A DNA stretch of 59,910 nt, the filler included. It is 4 parts of 4 records of this genome, joined end to end, with 100 filler letters (N's around TTAATTAATTAA, not from the genome) between each part and the next. Parts side by side here need not be neighbours in the genome. Positions count along the whole stretch, not along the records: positions 1 to 12,771 come from DRR378314_2764; positions 12,872 to 25,750 come from DRR378314_2767; 2 more parts are not named here. One strand, 5' to 3'. Shown here piece by piece: positions 9,986 through 20,813 of the stretch; position 1 is the stretch's first letter; the number at the start of each line of letters is the position of its first letter. The position numbers were made by a program, and so were the translations under genes. The notes beneath the pieces are model-generated. The model was not told the origin of the DNA, ran no database searches, and was given only the letters and a program-made list of their open reading frames with translations.

Positions 9986-10017
9986 AAAAGGGGCCGTGCA
10001 TGTCATGGCTCTTTTTT
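9986..10017 (+). terminator. Intrinsic terminator closing the catabolic operon
   Basis: AAAA-GGGGCCGTG / CATGGCTCT stem followed by a T run; a second hairpin lies at 9938-9964. Confidence 0.6.
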
Positions 10018-10078
10018 CATCCGCAGCTTTTCATCCGAAATGTGGCCGTTTGCAGCGCATAGGCTGATGGGGTATGTC

Positions 10079-10816
10079 ATGGGAATTGATTGGATTTTTG
10101 TCATCTTGATAGTGGTCGCAGTGCTGCTGACTGGCATTTCAAAATCAGGCTTTGCCGGTGGTGTAGGCGTGGTTGCCGTGCCGTTGATCTCGCTCAAGGC
10201 GAGCCCGACCTTTGCAGTGGCGGTGATGCTGCCGTTGCTGATTGTGATGGATGTTTTTAGTCTGAAAGCGTGGTGGCAGCAGCGGGTAGATCGTTTATTG
10301 TTACTGATGTTTCCGCCCGCGATACTGGGTGTTGCCGTCGGCTATTTTACCTATGGCTGGTTTGATGAAGCACTGCTGAAATTATTGCTGGGTATTTTTT
10401 CCGTGCTGTTTGGTCTCTGGGGATTGTTCAAGCCGTTGCGGGGCAAGTTTCTACCTGGCTGGGTGGGGCGCCTGTGTGGTGGGATAGCAGGGTTTACCAG
10501 TTTTATTGCCCATGCGGGCGGTCCGCCGCTCAATTTTTATCTGCTGCAATGCCAGCTGACGAAACAGCAGTTTTTAGGCACGGCCGTTGTCTTTCTGGCG
10601 ATTACCAATCTGGTAAAGCTGATTCCTTATACCCTGCTTGGTCTGGTGAATGTCGATAACCTGGTGATAGCGTTACTACTGATGCCAGTGGCGTGGTTGG
10701 GTGTCAGGCTAGGCTTGGTTATTCAGAAACGCATTGATGGTGAAGTGTTTTTCCGTGTCATTCTTTGTCTACTGATCTTACTGGGCATCCGGTTAATCAT
10801 GAATGGTATCAACTGA
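10079..10816 (+). CDS. Sulfite exporter TauE/SafE (TSUP) family membrane protein
   Basis: GISKSGFAGG, MLPLLIVMD, GFTSFIAHAGGPP, NLVKLIPY; about 8 hydrophobic segments; start could also be 10067. Confidence 0.85.
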   Translation: MGIDWIFVILIVVAVLLTGISKSGFAGGVGVVAVPLISLKASPTFAVAVMLPLLIVMDVFSLKAWWQQRVDRLLLLMFPPAILGVAVGYFTYGWFDEALLKLLLGIFSVLFGLWGLFKPLRGKFLPGWVGRLCGGIAGFTSFIAHAGGPPLNFYLLQCQLTKQQFLGTAVVFLAITNLVKLIPYTLLGLVNVDNLVIALLLMPVAWLGVRLGLVIQKRIDGEVFFRVILCLLILLGIRLIMNGIN

Positions 10817-10905
10817 CGTTTGAATGCTTTAAACAACGGCTGATCGTTAAAAGCACTTATCACTACTTTGTTAGTCTTATGGCTTTACCATGCTTGGGGG
10901 TTGTC

Positions 10906-12687
10906 ATGAGAGACGGTCTTGCTGAGATAAATGAGGCTAATCCAGAGGGGCCTTACGATAAGCTGTCGCAAATGCCCTCCTCGAAAATTTCTAATACAGA
11001 GTTCGCTCGCTTTATCGACTTCATTGAAAAATTTGAAGATGAAACTGAAGGCACGCTCTCCATGGCGCTCGGCTATCGCGAAATGCGTATGTTGTTGCAC
11101 GTCATGCGCAACCATCTTGCAGGTCGATTAACCACCCCAACGTCGCTGGCCGATGCGTCTGGGTTGACTTATGGGACGGCAAAGCGTGGTATTAACAGTA
11201 TTATGCAGCGAGGTCTTCTTATCTCACGCCCACGAACCAAGTCGGGTAAAACAGTTTCGCTGCATCCTTCTTCTCAAATGATTCAGGAGTGGGAAAGCTA
11301 CGCTGAGCGAATTAAAGGGCTCCTCGGCCCATTGTTCGGAATCGACCCCTCATCGGAAACGGCCAGTAAGATCTTCTTAGGGGCGTCGTCCTCAGAGCGG
11401 GTGATATCAACACCAGCAGTCCTGTCTGCACGGCTTGAACTGAAGGGCGGGTTACGCGTGTTAGCCCACGCTGACCCCACGTTTATGGCCATGCACAATC
11501 TTAAGCGTCAGTTAGAGTCAATCTTTGGCCTAGAAATTCGCAACAAAGCACGGTCAATCGATAATCTGCTAGATGAGATCCTCGATAATGCCCGTTTGGC
11601 GAAGTCGCGCTATGACGTCGTGGCCTGTGACCTGCCCTGGTTTGGTGAATTAGCGGCAAGAGGGGTTCTCATGCCTCTCGATACGCTAATTAAACGCGAT
11701 AATTACGATCTTTCTGATTTCCACCCCATGGCGATTCAGAGCTCAGGGTATACGGGTAGCCAGTACGGTATCCCTGTTCAAACCACACCGGAATTACTTT
11801 GTTATCGTCAGGATGTTTTCGAGGCAGCGCAGTTAACGCTGCCCACCACCACAGAAGCACTGGTTAAAGTCGCTAGGCAGTTACATGACCCAGCCAAAGG
11901 GCGTTATGGCATTGCCTGGAATGCAGCAAGAGGCACGCCCCTTGGTCATACGTTTAGTTTTTTAATGGCAAAGTTCGGTCAGCCGCTGCTTAACCTCCCC
12001 AACGGCAAGGGCGGTTATGACTTTCAGCAAGCCGCGGGCGAGCAATTGCGCCCAATGTTTCAGTCAGATGCCGCTTATAGGGCCTGTGAATATATGCTGG
12101 ATATTTTGCAATATTCACCGCCGAACATTCTCGGTATGTCCTGGTACGAACGTGCTCAGTCGTACGCATCGGGCGAGGCCTGTATGGCCTACTGTTATAC
12201 GTTACTCGCCCCGTTGTTTGAATTAGATCGACACTCTCCTGCATATGGCAATACTGGCTATCTGCCCCATCCGGTTGGAAATCATGGTCGCGCCATTACG
12301 CCGATTGGTGGTTATGCCCTCGCTATTCCCTCGAACTTAGCACCAGAGCGTGTTGAGGCGGTATGGACAGCGCTAAGACACCTGACATCAGCCAATATGT
12401 CCAAGCTTTACATCATGAACGGTAGCTTGGTAACGCCTCGTTTCAGTGTTAGTCAGGACCCTGAAGTGTCGGCATTATCGCCGCTGATTAAGATTGTCGA
12501 TGATATGGCAAAGAAGGATGTTTTACAGGCATGGCCACGCCCGCCCGTGCCTGGGGTAACGGAGGTCATCAGCATTGCGGGAAACGAGATATTTGAAGTA
12601 CTGGATGGACGGCGCTCTATCAAGAAAGCACTCTCTATTGCTCAAGAGCGTGCCGATAAGGTGATGCGAGAAAAGGGGCATTATTAA
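10906..12687 (+). CDS. Winged-HTH (MarR-like) fused to a family-1 solute-binding domain; probable one-component transcription regulator
   Basis: N-terminal TTPTSLADASGLTYGTAKRGINSIMQRGLLISRP...SLHPS; C-terminal CUT1 SBP motifs YDVVACD, LMPLD, YGIPV, YRQDVFEAA, GGYALAIP; no signal peptide; start uncertain (10879, 10906 or 10972). Confidence 0.75.
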   Translation: MRDGLAEINEANPEGPYDKLSQMPSSKISNTEFARFIDFIEKFEDETEGTLSMALGYREMRMLLHVMRNHLAGRLTTPTSLADASGLTYGTAKRGINSIMQRGLLISRPRTKSGKTVSLHPSSQMIQEWESYAERIKGLLGPLFGIDPSSETASKIFLGASSSERVISTPAVLSARLELKGGLRVLAHADPTFMAMHNLKRQLESIFGLEIRNKARSIDNLLDEILDNARLAKSRYDVVACDLPWFGELAARGVLMPLDTLIKRDNYDLSDFHPMAIQSSGYTGSQYGIPVQTTPELLCYRQDVFEAAQLTLPTTTEALVKVARQLHDPAKGRYGIAWNAARGTPLGHTFSFLMAKFGQPLLNLPNGKGGYDFQQAAGEQLRPMFQSDAAYRACEYMLDILQYSPPNILGMSWYERAQSYASGEACMAYCYTLLAPLFELDRHSPAYGNTGYLPHPVGNHGRAITPIGGYALAIPSNLAPERVEAVWTALRHLTSANMSKLYIMNGSLVTPRFSVSQDPEVSALSPLIKIVDDMAKKDVLQAWPRPPVPGVTEVISIAGNEIFEVLDGRRSIKKALSIAQERADKVMREKGHY

Positions 12688-12771
12688 ATGGTGAGGAGTG
12701 CGGAGTAAAAAATCGGCTACGAACACTCACGGATAATATGGACGAAAATCAAACTGGATTCCCGCTAAGGG

Positions 12772-12871
12772 NNNNNNNNNNNNNNNNNNNNNNNNNNNNN
12801 NNNNNNNNNNNNNNNTTAATTAATTAANNNNNNNNNNNNNNNNNNNNNNNNNNNNNNNNNNNNNNNNNNNN
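12772..12871. other. Artificial contig-joining spacer
   Basis: N44-TTAATTAATTAA-N44, with stops in all six frames. Confidence 0.98.
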
Positions 12872-13024
12872 AAATAGAACAACATATGTCAAACCTTGCG
12901 TTTCACCGGGTAGGAAACAACGACGAAGCGAAAAGAAAAGCGGACAAGAGATCATCCTTATCCCGAGGATAAAAAAGACATTGACATATGTACTATCCGA
13001 GTCTTATTTTTCTCCATATGACTA

Positions 13025-15161
13025 TTAATTTCTTCGTTTCTCCCGTGGTAGATGTGGTGCGATTTCATCCTTATTCGTTACCTCGAAGACTTTATCCCAT
13101 TCAGTATGCACACTGAAAGGCTCCGAATCAAAAGCGATCTTCTTCCCCTTTGAACACAGTTTCACCTTAAAAGAGCGAAAAAAAGAATTACAATATCGAT
13201 TCACCATAAAAAGCCAAAAAAAAGGAAAGAAAAAATAAGTAGAGAGGTCGAAATACTGGTTTCACAGATCACCTCTCACAACATAAACTCGAACTTGCCA
13301 GAAATTGAGACAAAGATCATGTTGCAGAAAGGAGCTAGCATAGATACCAGGAATATCTAATCAAAGCAACAGCGAGAAAAAAAGGAACTTTGATCATCAA
13401 TGAGAGTGAAAAAGAGACTTTCGAGATTAGGCTCTGACAGAGCGATTGATCTTGCAAGCAGCATATGGTCGACTTCTCTTTTCCATGTTATCATCACGAA
13501 TACCAACGTTTACTGAGAATATTGTAGCTTTCTAGCAAAATATGATGTACCTTGATAAAGTATTCTAAACCAAATGCGTCCTTCTTCTTTGATACGGGAG
13601 AAATTCGCGGTGAAACTCCGTCAGAAAGTGATTGAAGCGGTTCAGCTACAAGAAAGAAGAAGACAAAAATCGCAAAGTGCACAGAGAACAATCATTCAGA
13701 CACGAAGGAAAAATGAAAATAAAACAAAAAGCGATTGTTACTGTTACGAATGAGACGTATTCCTTCACAGTTTCCGAACTTGAAGAAAAAAAGTTGGAAA
13801 GTTGAAACCTACTGTCTTCTATTTTGTTCGTAATTTACCTCCTCCACCAGGAATATGATGCGGAAGTGTGAACGAAAACACATGAGAATAGTTCCCAATG
13901 TTTAGCTTCTCTTCATTGCCGTCGAAAGCTACAATGAAGGAAGATAAAGTCGCAACATACATCGAGAACAGCGGTGAGAAGGAAAATCACAGTAAAAAAA
14001 GTTCCATTACACCCGGAAACAAAATATGCTTAGTACAAAAGTGTACACGTGCGTTTCATTGCGCGTTGAAAATAATAGTATCAGGATCGTATACAAAGGA
14101 AACGAGTTGCTTTGTGACTAGATATGGTATGTTGTGCGACATCCTCATCCGCTCTGCGAAGGTTCTTCTCCTCTGTAGCAACAATGACTTACACACAGTG
14201 AACAAGAATGAAATATACTGTTTCCTTGCAAGATGCTAACAGCATGCCTTGTTCTTCTTCGACGGATACAATGGATCCAGGTAATGATACATGATGTTCA
14301 CGTTCATCGTCTTTATCGCTTCGTTGACCGAGAACGACGGCGCGAGAGTCAAAGTACCGCCTGTAACGGGACAGGACATCGGATATACAGATGATTAGGA
14401 AGAACAACAGGATCACAAAAAATTCAGTGAGTGCTGATTCATTCAAAGTTCTCTTTTGTTATCCACTAGGCAAATAAGTAATGCGGGAAACGTTAGGTTT
14501 CTGCGTCGACACTACGAGATCGTAAAAGAGAAGTACAGTGAAATCACCTATAGTGCACAATTTCCGCGAGCTCGAATCGCAAAGCACATCAGCGACATCA
14601 AAGGCACAAACACAGATCTGCACGTGAGGTAGAGCACCACCAACTTGAAAATACTTTCCGTTACGTACTCGAAAGATGTAGTAACTCTACGTTTCTCGTT
14701 ATTTCCTAAGAGGGGAATTTGCGATAGGAACAAGAGCACAGGCAGTCTCACTGACTCCACAACAACTACAATAGCAGACGCGCTCTCTCTCTCTCTCTCT
14801 CTCTGTGCGTCGAAAGGACACCATTTGCCCGACGAATACCACAGCGAGGCATCCCACACTCCTGGCAGCATATACAGGGCAATATCATCACACATTTTGA
14901 TTTCATGAAGGTAAATGCGCTCCAAGCGGCACGCAGAAGCGTTTCCATTTTCGGTTCAGAGAGTCCTGTGCGGGTTTCCTGTTGTGCGTTTCTGCGGTGT
15001 CAGCGCTGCTTCCGCGGACGGGTACACGTACCGCTCTTCCGAAAGCGTTTTCGTTCCTTTCTTCACAGCCGATTTCTCTCTCCCGCAAACCCGGAATTTG
15101 AAGTACGGCGATTTGACTGGTTTATTTACGGTTGTTTTGACACGGATTCGAATTTTTTCTC
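13025..15161 (-). CDS. Multi-exon eukaryotic gene, arrestin-fold-like protein (partial model)
   Basis: Phase-compatible GT-AG exons 14241-14360, 14119-14187, 13839-13928, 13551-13645 and 13025-13165 give ...GTLTL...GNYSHVFSFTLPHHIP...FGLEYFIKVKL...PFSV; the upstream exon ending at 15161 reads GEKIRIRVKTTVNKPVK..FKFRVCGREK; 5' exons unresolved. Confidence 0.5.
14783..14804. repeat. (CT)11 microsatellite
   Basis: Read directly from the sequence. Confidence 0.95.
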
Positions 15162-15200
15162 CTGCAGTCGGTTGCGACGAAGTCGAGGAGGAGGATAAGG

Positions 15201-15222
15201 AGAGAGAGAGAGAGAGAGAGAG
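15201..15222. repeat. (AG)11 microsatellite
   Basis: Read directly; it is the pyrimidine tract upstream of a minus-strand splice acceptor. Confidence 0.95.
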
Positions 15223-17639
15223 CACAGGACCGAGGGGAGCGAGTGGGCGAGCAGAGCGCGTCGCGGCGCTGGTACTCACGCCGAGATCGAGCACCTGGGC
15301 GCTGAATCGCTGTATTCGCACGCAAAGGAAGCTCGACGACCCACTTGCTGCTTTTTACTCACAGTAGAGTCCACACGCGCTACTGAGGATACACAACCGC
15401 TCATTCAATAGGGAAAGGCGAGCATGCGGAGGGCGGCGAAACTATACCACGCGCAGCGAGTGACGACCCTCTGGCTGCGGAACGGCGTAACGGCAACGCG
15501 CTCGAGCGAGCTGTGGATACTCGCGCGAGTTCGCTGCACATTCCGGGAGACGCGCGTCTTACGAGACCCTCCACGCTGTACCAAATACCTTGGAAATACC
15601 ATGCAATGTGATTCAAGAGGAAATGCGCGCAGTGCAGCGGTTAGCGCATAAAATGCGCCTGCACTGGCGCGATAGAGCTGTGGTCTGGGACAACGGTGAT
15701 CTTGCGCGACCGCCGTCTCGCTCACAGCCCACCGGGTCCCAGGCGTCTTCTGATACCCTAAGATTCCCCAATGCACAGCGCCACGCGTGCTTATACGCGT
15801 AATCATGCACGAGATACTTATAATACACTACGATACCCCATCTCCAACGTCGCATTGCAGGGTTAAACGCGCCCACGGTGCGAACGGCCGCGTGCAAACG
15901 GGTCGACCGGGCGACGCGGAGGACCCGGAGGAGTGCGGGAGCGGGATCAGCGGAGGAACCGCATAAATTCACAGTGATATTGACTGACACAAAGGCCGCT
16001 CGCCGTGCCACCAAGGTCCCGCGACGCGCGCAAGTGCCGCCTCCCACCTTATGCTGTCCACTTCTGCGCCACACGTACCCGGCAAATACGGATCATCTTC
16101 ATTCGAGCCATCCTGGCGTAAGACAAAAAGCTCGACCGTAGCAGCTTTTGACATGGTAGTGCCAAGGAGGAACAAGCGCAGCGCCGCGGGTATGCGCGAC
16201 GTAGAAGCGGTCAGTGGGCGCACTTGCCGGTGGGCTCGATGCCTTCGCTCCGCAAGGAGCAGTCACAGGGCAGACTGATGTGATCATTTTATATACTCAC
16301 ATATTGAATTTATACCAGAAAATAAAATTGAATGACTATACTAAGTCGTGCTTATTTCCGATATCGTACGATGAAAAGCTTCTTTCTTGTACTGCAGTAT
16401 CTATCCGTTGAGAAACGTAAGGAACTGTTCTCCAGCTTTTCAGAGTGCTATGCGAGCACTCTTGTTGTGGATGTACTCCCGGGACGGCGGCCGCGGCTCC
16501 TCTCCGTTGGCAGCGCGTGCTTTTCCGCCTGCACGGGGCGTCGAGCACCCCATGGTCACGGTATCTCCCCGCTCACTTGCGACACACCCTCACTCTGTAA
16601 AGCTAACAATCGCTAGAGTGTTTGTGCTGCCACGAAAGTTGTTTCCTGTCACCCCTGGAGTGCGCGGGGAGAAGAGGGCCGCAAGTATCCTGCTGCCGAG
16701 TGTCCACTGGCGCTTTCGCGGAGCTCGGGTCCTCCGTCGCCAGGATGCGGCTCGAGCTCATAAGTCGGCAGACTGTGCAAATAAGCCAACCCCTTGACAT
16801 GCCGACAGTTGTTCGGGGATCAGGTCTAATAAGTGAGGTTCGTTGCGCGATGGGATATGCTGGGTGGAGTGCAGAAGACCACACCGCAGTAACGCGGCCT
16901 TTGTGCGCGTAGCTCTCCGCGCTCATCGCTATGTAGACGCAGGGAAGAGGTGCTGCAGCTGCCGCAGAGCCACCTGCATTTTTTCTTCGCGCACGGGATG
17001 AATGCGAAATGAAGAGGTTTATTTTGCGCAAGGGGTAGTGATGAGACGATTTTGCGGAGAAATGGGTGCGTTGCGTTTCCCTGTTTGTTATCTTTTTGGT
17101 ACGCTCGTGCCCAGCTCTTCAGATGCCAGCTCTGCTCACGTCGCGGGAAGCGCGCATTACGGTAGTGATCCTCTGTAAGATTTCACTGGCCAGTTTTGCC
17201 TCCTTTGACGTCGCGTGCACCCGCTGACCAACTGTGGGATAGTATGATTTTCCCTAGCGTATATTGTAGCGTAGTTCGGTATCGGCTATAGGGGGCGCGT
17301 GTGCAGCTCGAAGGTTGCGCACGTTTCGACGGGTCCGGCAGTGCTGCCCTGCTCGCTTGGCGGCTCCGTCGGCAGGAGTTCTCCCAGCGCGCTGCGGGGC
17401 ATCTGCAAAAGGGAACACTCTCGTATCATCGATTTTGACATTTATCCGCGTTACGGGCGGTCTGAAGTATTCCGCTTTCCCAACGCATTCTAGCGCTGCC
17501 ATGCACCGCAAATGCGATGCTATTTCTCTCGAATCTCTCGAATCTCGCCCATCGGCGCAACAGGCAATTCCTCGGTTGCAATAACTGCGCACATTGTTCC
17601 CTCCGGTCCTCCGTTCTGTTCCTCATGAAGGGCGACTCC

Positions 17640-18517
17640 ATGAAACCGCTGCATCGCTCACCGCGCAAGCAGCGACGTTCGCTCTCTGATGAAGTTATTC
17701 CCCTTACCATCGCTTCATGTCGCGTTGCCCGAGCACCGCTTGTGCCGCATCAGATGTCATTCTTTCTTCTTCTCTCCCAATCGCGCCTTATTGACAACAG
17801 TCTCTCTTCCTCTTTCTCTACGTCTGTCCATTGTTGCTCCAGGTCGAGTGGGTGAAGCTCGTCGACGAGCACAAGCGAGCTATGCAAACGGACTCGTGCG
17901 CGCCATGTCTTATCGTTTGTGGCTGTACATTGTGCATTCCCTTCTTAATCTTCCTCATATCAGGCTCAATTTTATTGGCAAAGTCTTCTGGGGAAGGCGG
18001 GGATAAAGGCACGGGGCAGGTTTTCCTTCCTCTCTCGTTCGGTCTGATGTTCTTGAGCTGCTTTCTCTGCGTGCGAGGGATCCGGCGAACAACCGCCGAA
18101 ATTCTCGATCTGAGCGACTTTGGACCGCTCTTGTCAGAATTCAACACGAAACTCGCGGCAAAGAAGCTGTTCCTTGCCCGCGCTGTAGAAAAAGGGCACG
18201 AAAAATCAACGTCTGCGGGACCTTTCTTGTTATGCGTCTACCGACTGCATGATGATCGTATGAACGAGGTATCTCATCTCGAGGAAGGACGCGCGGAAGT
18301 GACGACTGAGCGCGAGATCGATCCGCAAGGAATACCGGTTCCTGCAAGCGAAGAATGCAGTAGCGCTGATGTTCCAAGCGTTTTTATACCGTACATTCCT
18401 CGTGCATATGAAGATGTGCCGACTGCGGCCACATTTGTATCGGAAAGTGTGTCGAGCACCCACAGTACTGCGGTCGATGATTTTCAACTCGGTGGTCGTC
18501 CCCTCGATGACGTATGA
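17640..18517 (+). CDS. Eukaryotic Cys-rich two-TM membrane protein, paralogue A (exons ~17640-17723 and 17843-18517)
   Basis: Pyrimidine tract plus CAG acceptor at 17842; two hydrophobic Cys-rich helices; clear similarity to the gene at 20814-21735. Confidence 0.6.
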
Positions 18518-20813
18518 ACGAAATTCTTCGTTCTGTTCACCGTTTGAAGTTGAGAGGATGTACATGGACCCGCAGAAGAAGAAAATAGATTGGTAGCGTT
18601 GCCGTGTGTCGACGATGATGTAGAATATGGGGAATCGAATTGTGCCTAAGAGTGTTTTCGTGGACGATTCCTGACGTTTTCCACGTACCAATCGGGGGAT
18701 TTCGAGTACCAATGAGGAGTACCAGGATGTCGAATTCCGTTTGATACACAATCAGGAGTCGATACCTTTCATTATTTGGGAGGAGAATGTAGTACTATAT
18801 TAGCTCATATTTCTCTCGTTCCATACTCTGCTCTTCGCACGCGGTGTTAATTAGGTAGATAAGGTTGACATTGGATCGCCGAGAGCTTGTGCGTTCGCCG
18901 CAAAGTATTGGAGTGAAGGGGTTTTGTTCTGTTGCGCCTGAATAGCAGATCTAGGACACGGATCTATGATAAATAATCACGGTACTTTAATTCCGAAAAC
19001 TGCGATGAAAAAGAATGAGCTCAAATAAGCTTCTAGGACATGCAGAAGTACGATTGGTCCTCTGCTGTGTATTGTACAACGTTAATGTAAAGGAGGTTCA
19101 TTCGTCCGGTCGTCGCACTTCTTATCCAGAAAACGAAAGCAATCGTTTCGCTTCTCTTTCTGTGATGTAGCGAGTGTTCCACGCTCAATAAAGGAATGCA
19201 TAACACTGTGAGATATTTTGATGGTAAAGAAAGAATACAGGTGGCCTTTGTGGAATAAGAAACGCGCGTTCACGCGAGAATGTGCGTGTGGATGATACAG
19301 GAAATGCGAAACGGAGGTGTCGGACGAGTTCCCTCGTGCGAGCTGCGAATTGCAAAAGGGAACAAGGGTGGCATGTTTCCGCGCCTTTTCTTTCATAGTT
19401 CTTGCGTACAGCGAAGGATGTCACCTATGATGCCCTCTTATAGCTGTGGATTTCCAAGGAAAGGATGGAGTAAACAGCCTCTTCTTTCCCGTGTCCTACA
19501 AGCAAAGTCGAGAGGTCGAGGGAGTTCGGGGACGCGTTGGCGTCCTTCACGTTCGCGTTCCTCTCCGTGCAACATTCGTCCCATGCACGCTGCAACGTTC
19601 CTTTCTTCTCGTCAACACGCTCCCAATACATTATATATTACAATCCTTTTCATCTCTGTCACATTGTTCAGTTTCTCCTTTTCTTCCGGGGGTTAGGGCG
19701 GTCCCACAGTCGCAGCTTCGCAATCGTGTGCGAATGGGTCGAGGTTATTTTTTTTCTTCAGTTTTCTTATATTAACCGGTAATAAAGAATATACTGAACC
19801 GAGTTTTCACCGGATTTCCAGACGCCAGTCTTCGCGCGCAGTCCCGCGCTCCCCGCCGCTCGCGTCTCTGCCTCCCCGGTCGCGACGCGCTCCTTCCCAG
19901 AAGCCGCTGCGGCGCGCGTTCCCTTACTGGGAGATGCGTCTGAGCCTCGTTGGCCGCGAGTATTTTCCGTACGGAAAGATACCGGATGTACCCACAATTC
20001 TTCAGGAAACTGGGCTGGTGACGAAGGTGTGTGGCGCGCGGGGACCGAGTATTGGTCGCCACAGCTGGTGCGGTGGCTCCGACAGCGGTGTTGCGCAGAT
20101 GGAGTCGCGCTCGTCCGTGCAGCCAACCGCGGCAGGCTACGTTTTCTCATCGCTCCAGCCCCCAAGCCTATTTCGTTGCGCCTTGTCGCGGTACTTGTAT
20201 AGTGTATATATGTAAGATACAATCATTTTGCGCTTGTTTTTGCTACGGAGAGATCCGGGGCTGCTTTGCACCTCTATCAGTACGACGTTCGTCGAGCGCC
20301 CTTCCCTCTGCTGCGTTGCGGCTGGTCCTTGTTGCCCTCAGCCGAGGCCGCAGGTGCGCACTGGGTTCTCACGCGTTGCTGCCGGAACATTCTATCAGTT
20401 TGTCACGTTTCCAATATACCCATTGCGGTCTTTGATGGATGTATACCGCATGTTGCTATATTTTGAGCACTGTTATCGTTTGCGGCAACGATCTCCGTTG
20501 CGAGATGAGAAGACTTGCCCGAGGGAAGTCGAGTAGGTCGGGTGCGTGTTCGTTGCGCGGAGGTCTGCACAGTTCACCAGCCACTATTCCCCGCGAACAA
20601 CCCGCACGCCACCGGGTATGCACACAGCGCACGCCCTACCTGATAACACATACAGTTTGAAGCAGTATTTTACCAGGGTAGGATGGAGCGTCCTTGTACG
20701 GAGAACTGCGGTGGGAGTGGCAGTTCGATACCAGCGCAGCGTATCTCGTCGCGCCTGTGCACGGTGAGCGCCGAGCATACGCAGTGGTTGTTTCCTAATT
20801 GCGTATAAAACAG

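Noticed and set aside
12816-12827. TTAATTAATTAA repeated three times in the window
   Set aside because: Artificial linker inside the N spacers, not a biological repeat.
14918-15036. Possible non-canonical GT-CG intron bounded by GAGCG direct repeats
   Set aside because: A canonical in-phase alternative (TAC|GTGTAC...GAG|CGC) removes the same stop codon.
14783-15222. (CT)11 and (AG)11 as terminal inverted repeats of a mobile element
   Set aside because: Complementarity barely extends beyond the microsatellites, no target-site duplication is seen, and both appear intronic.
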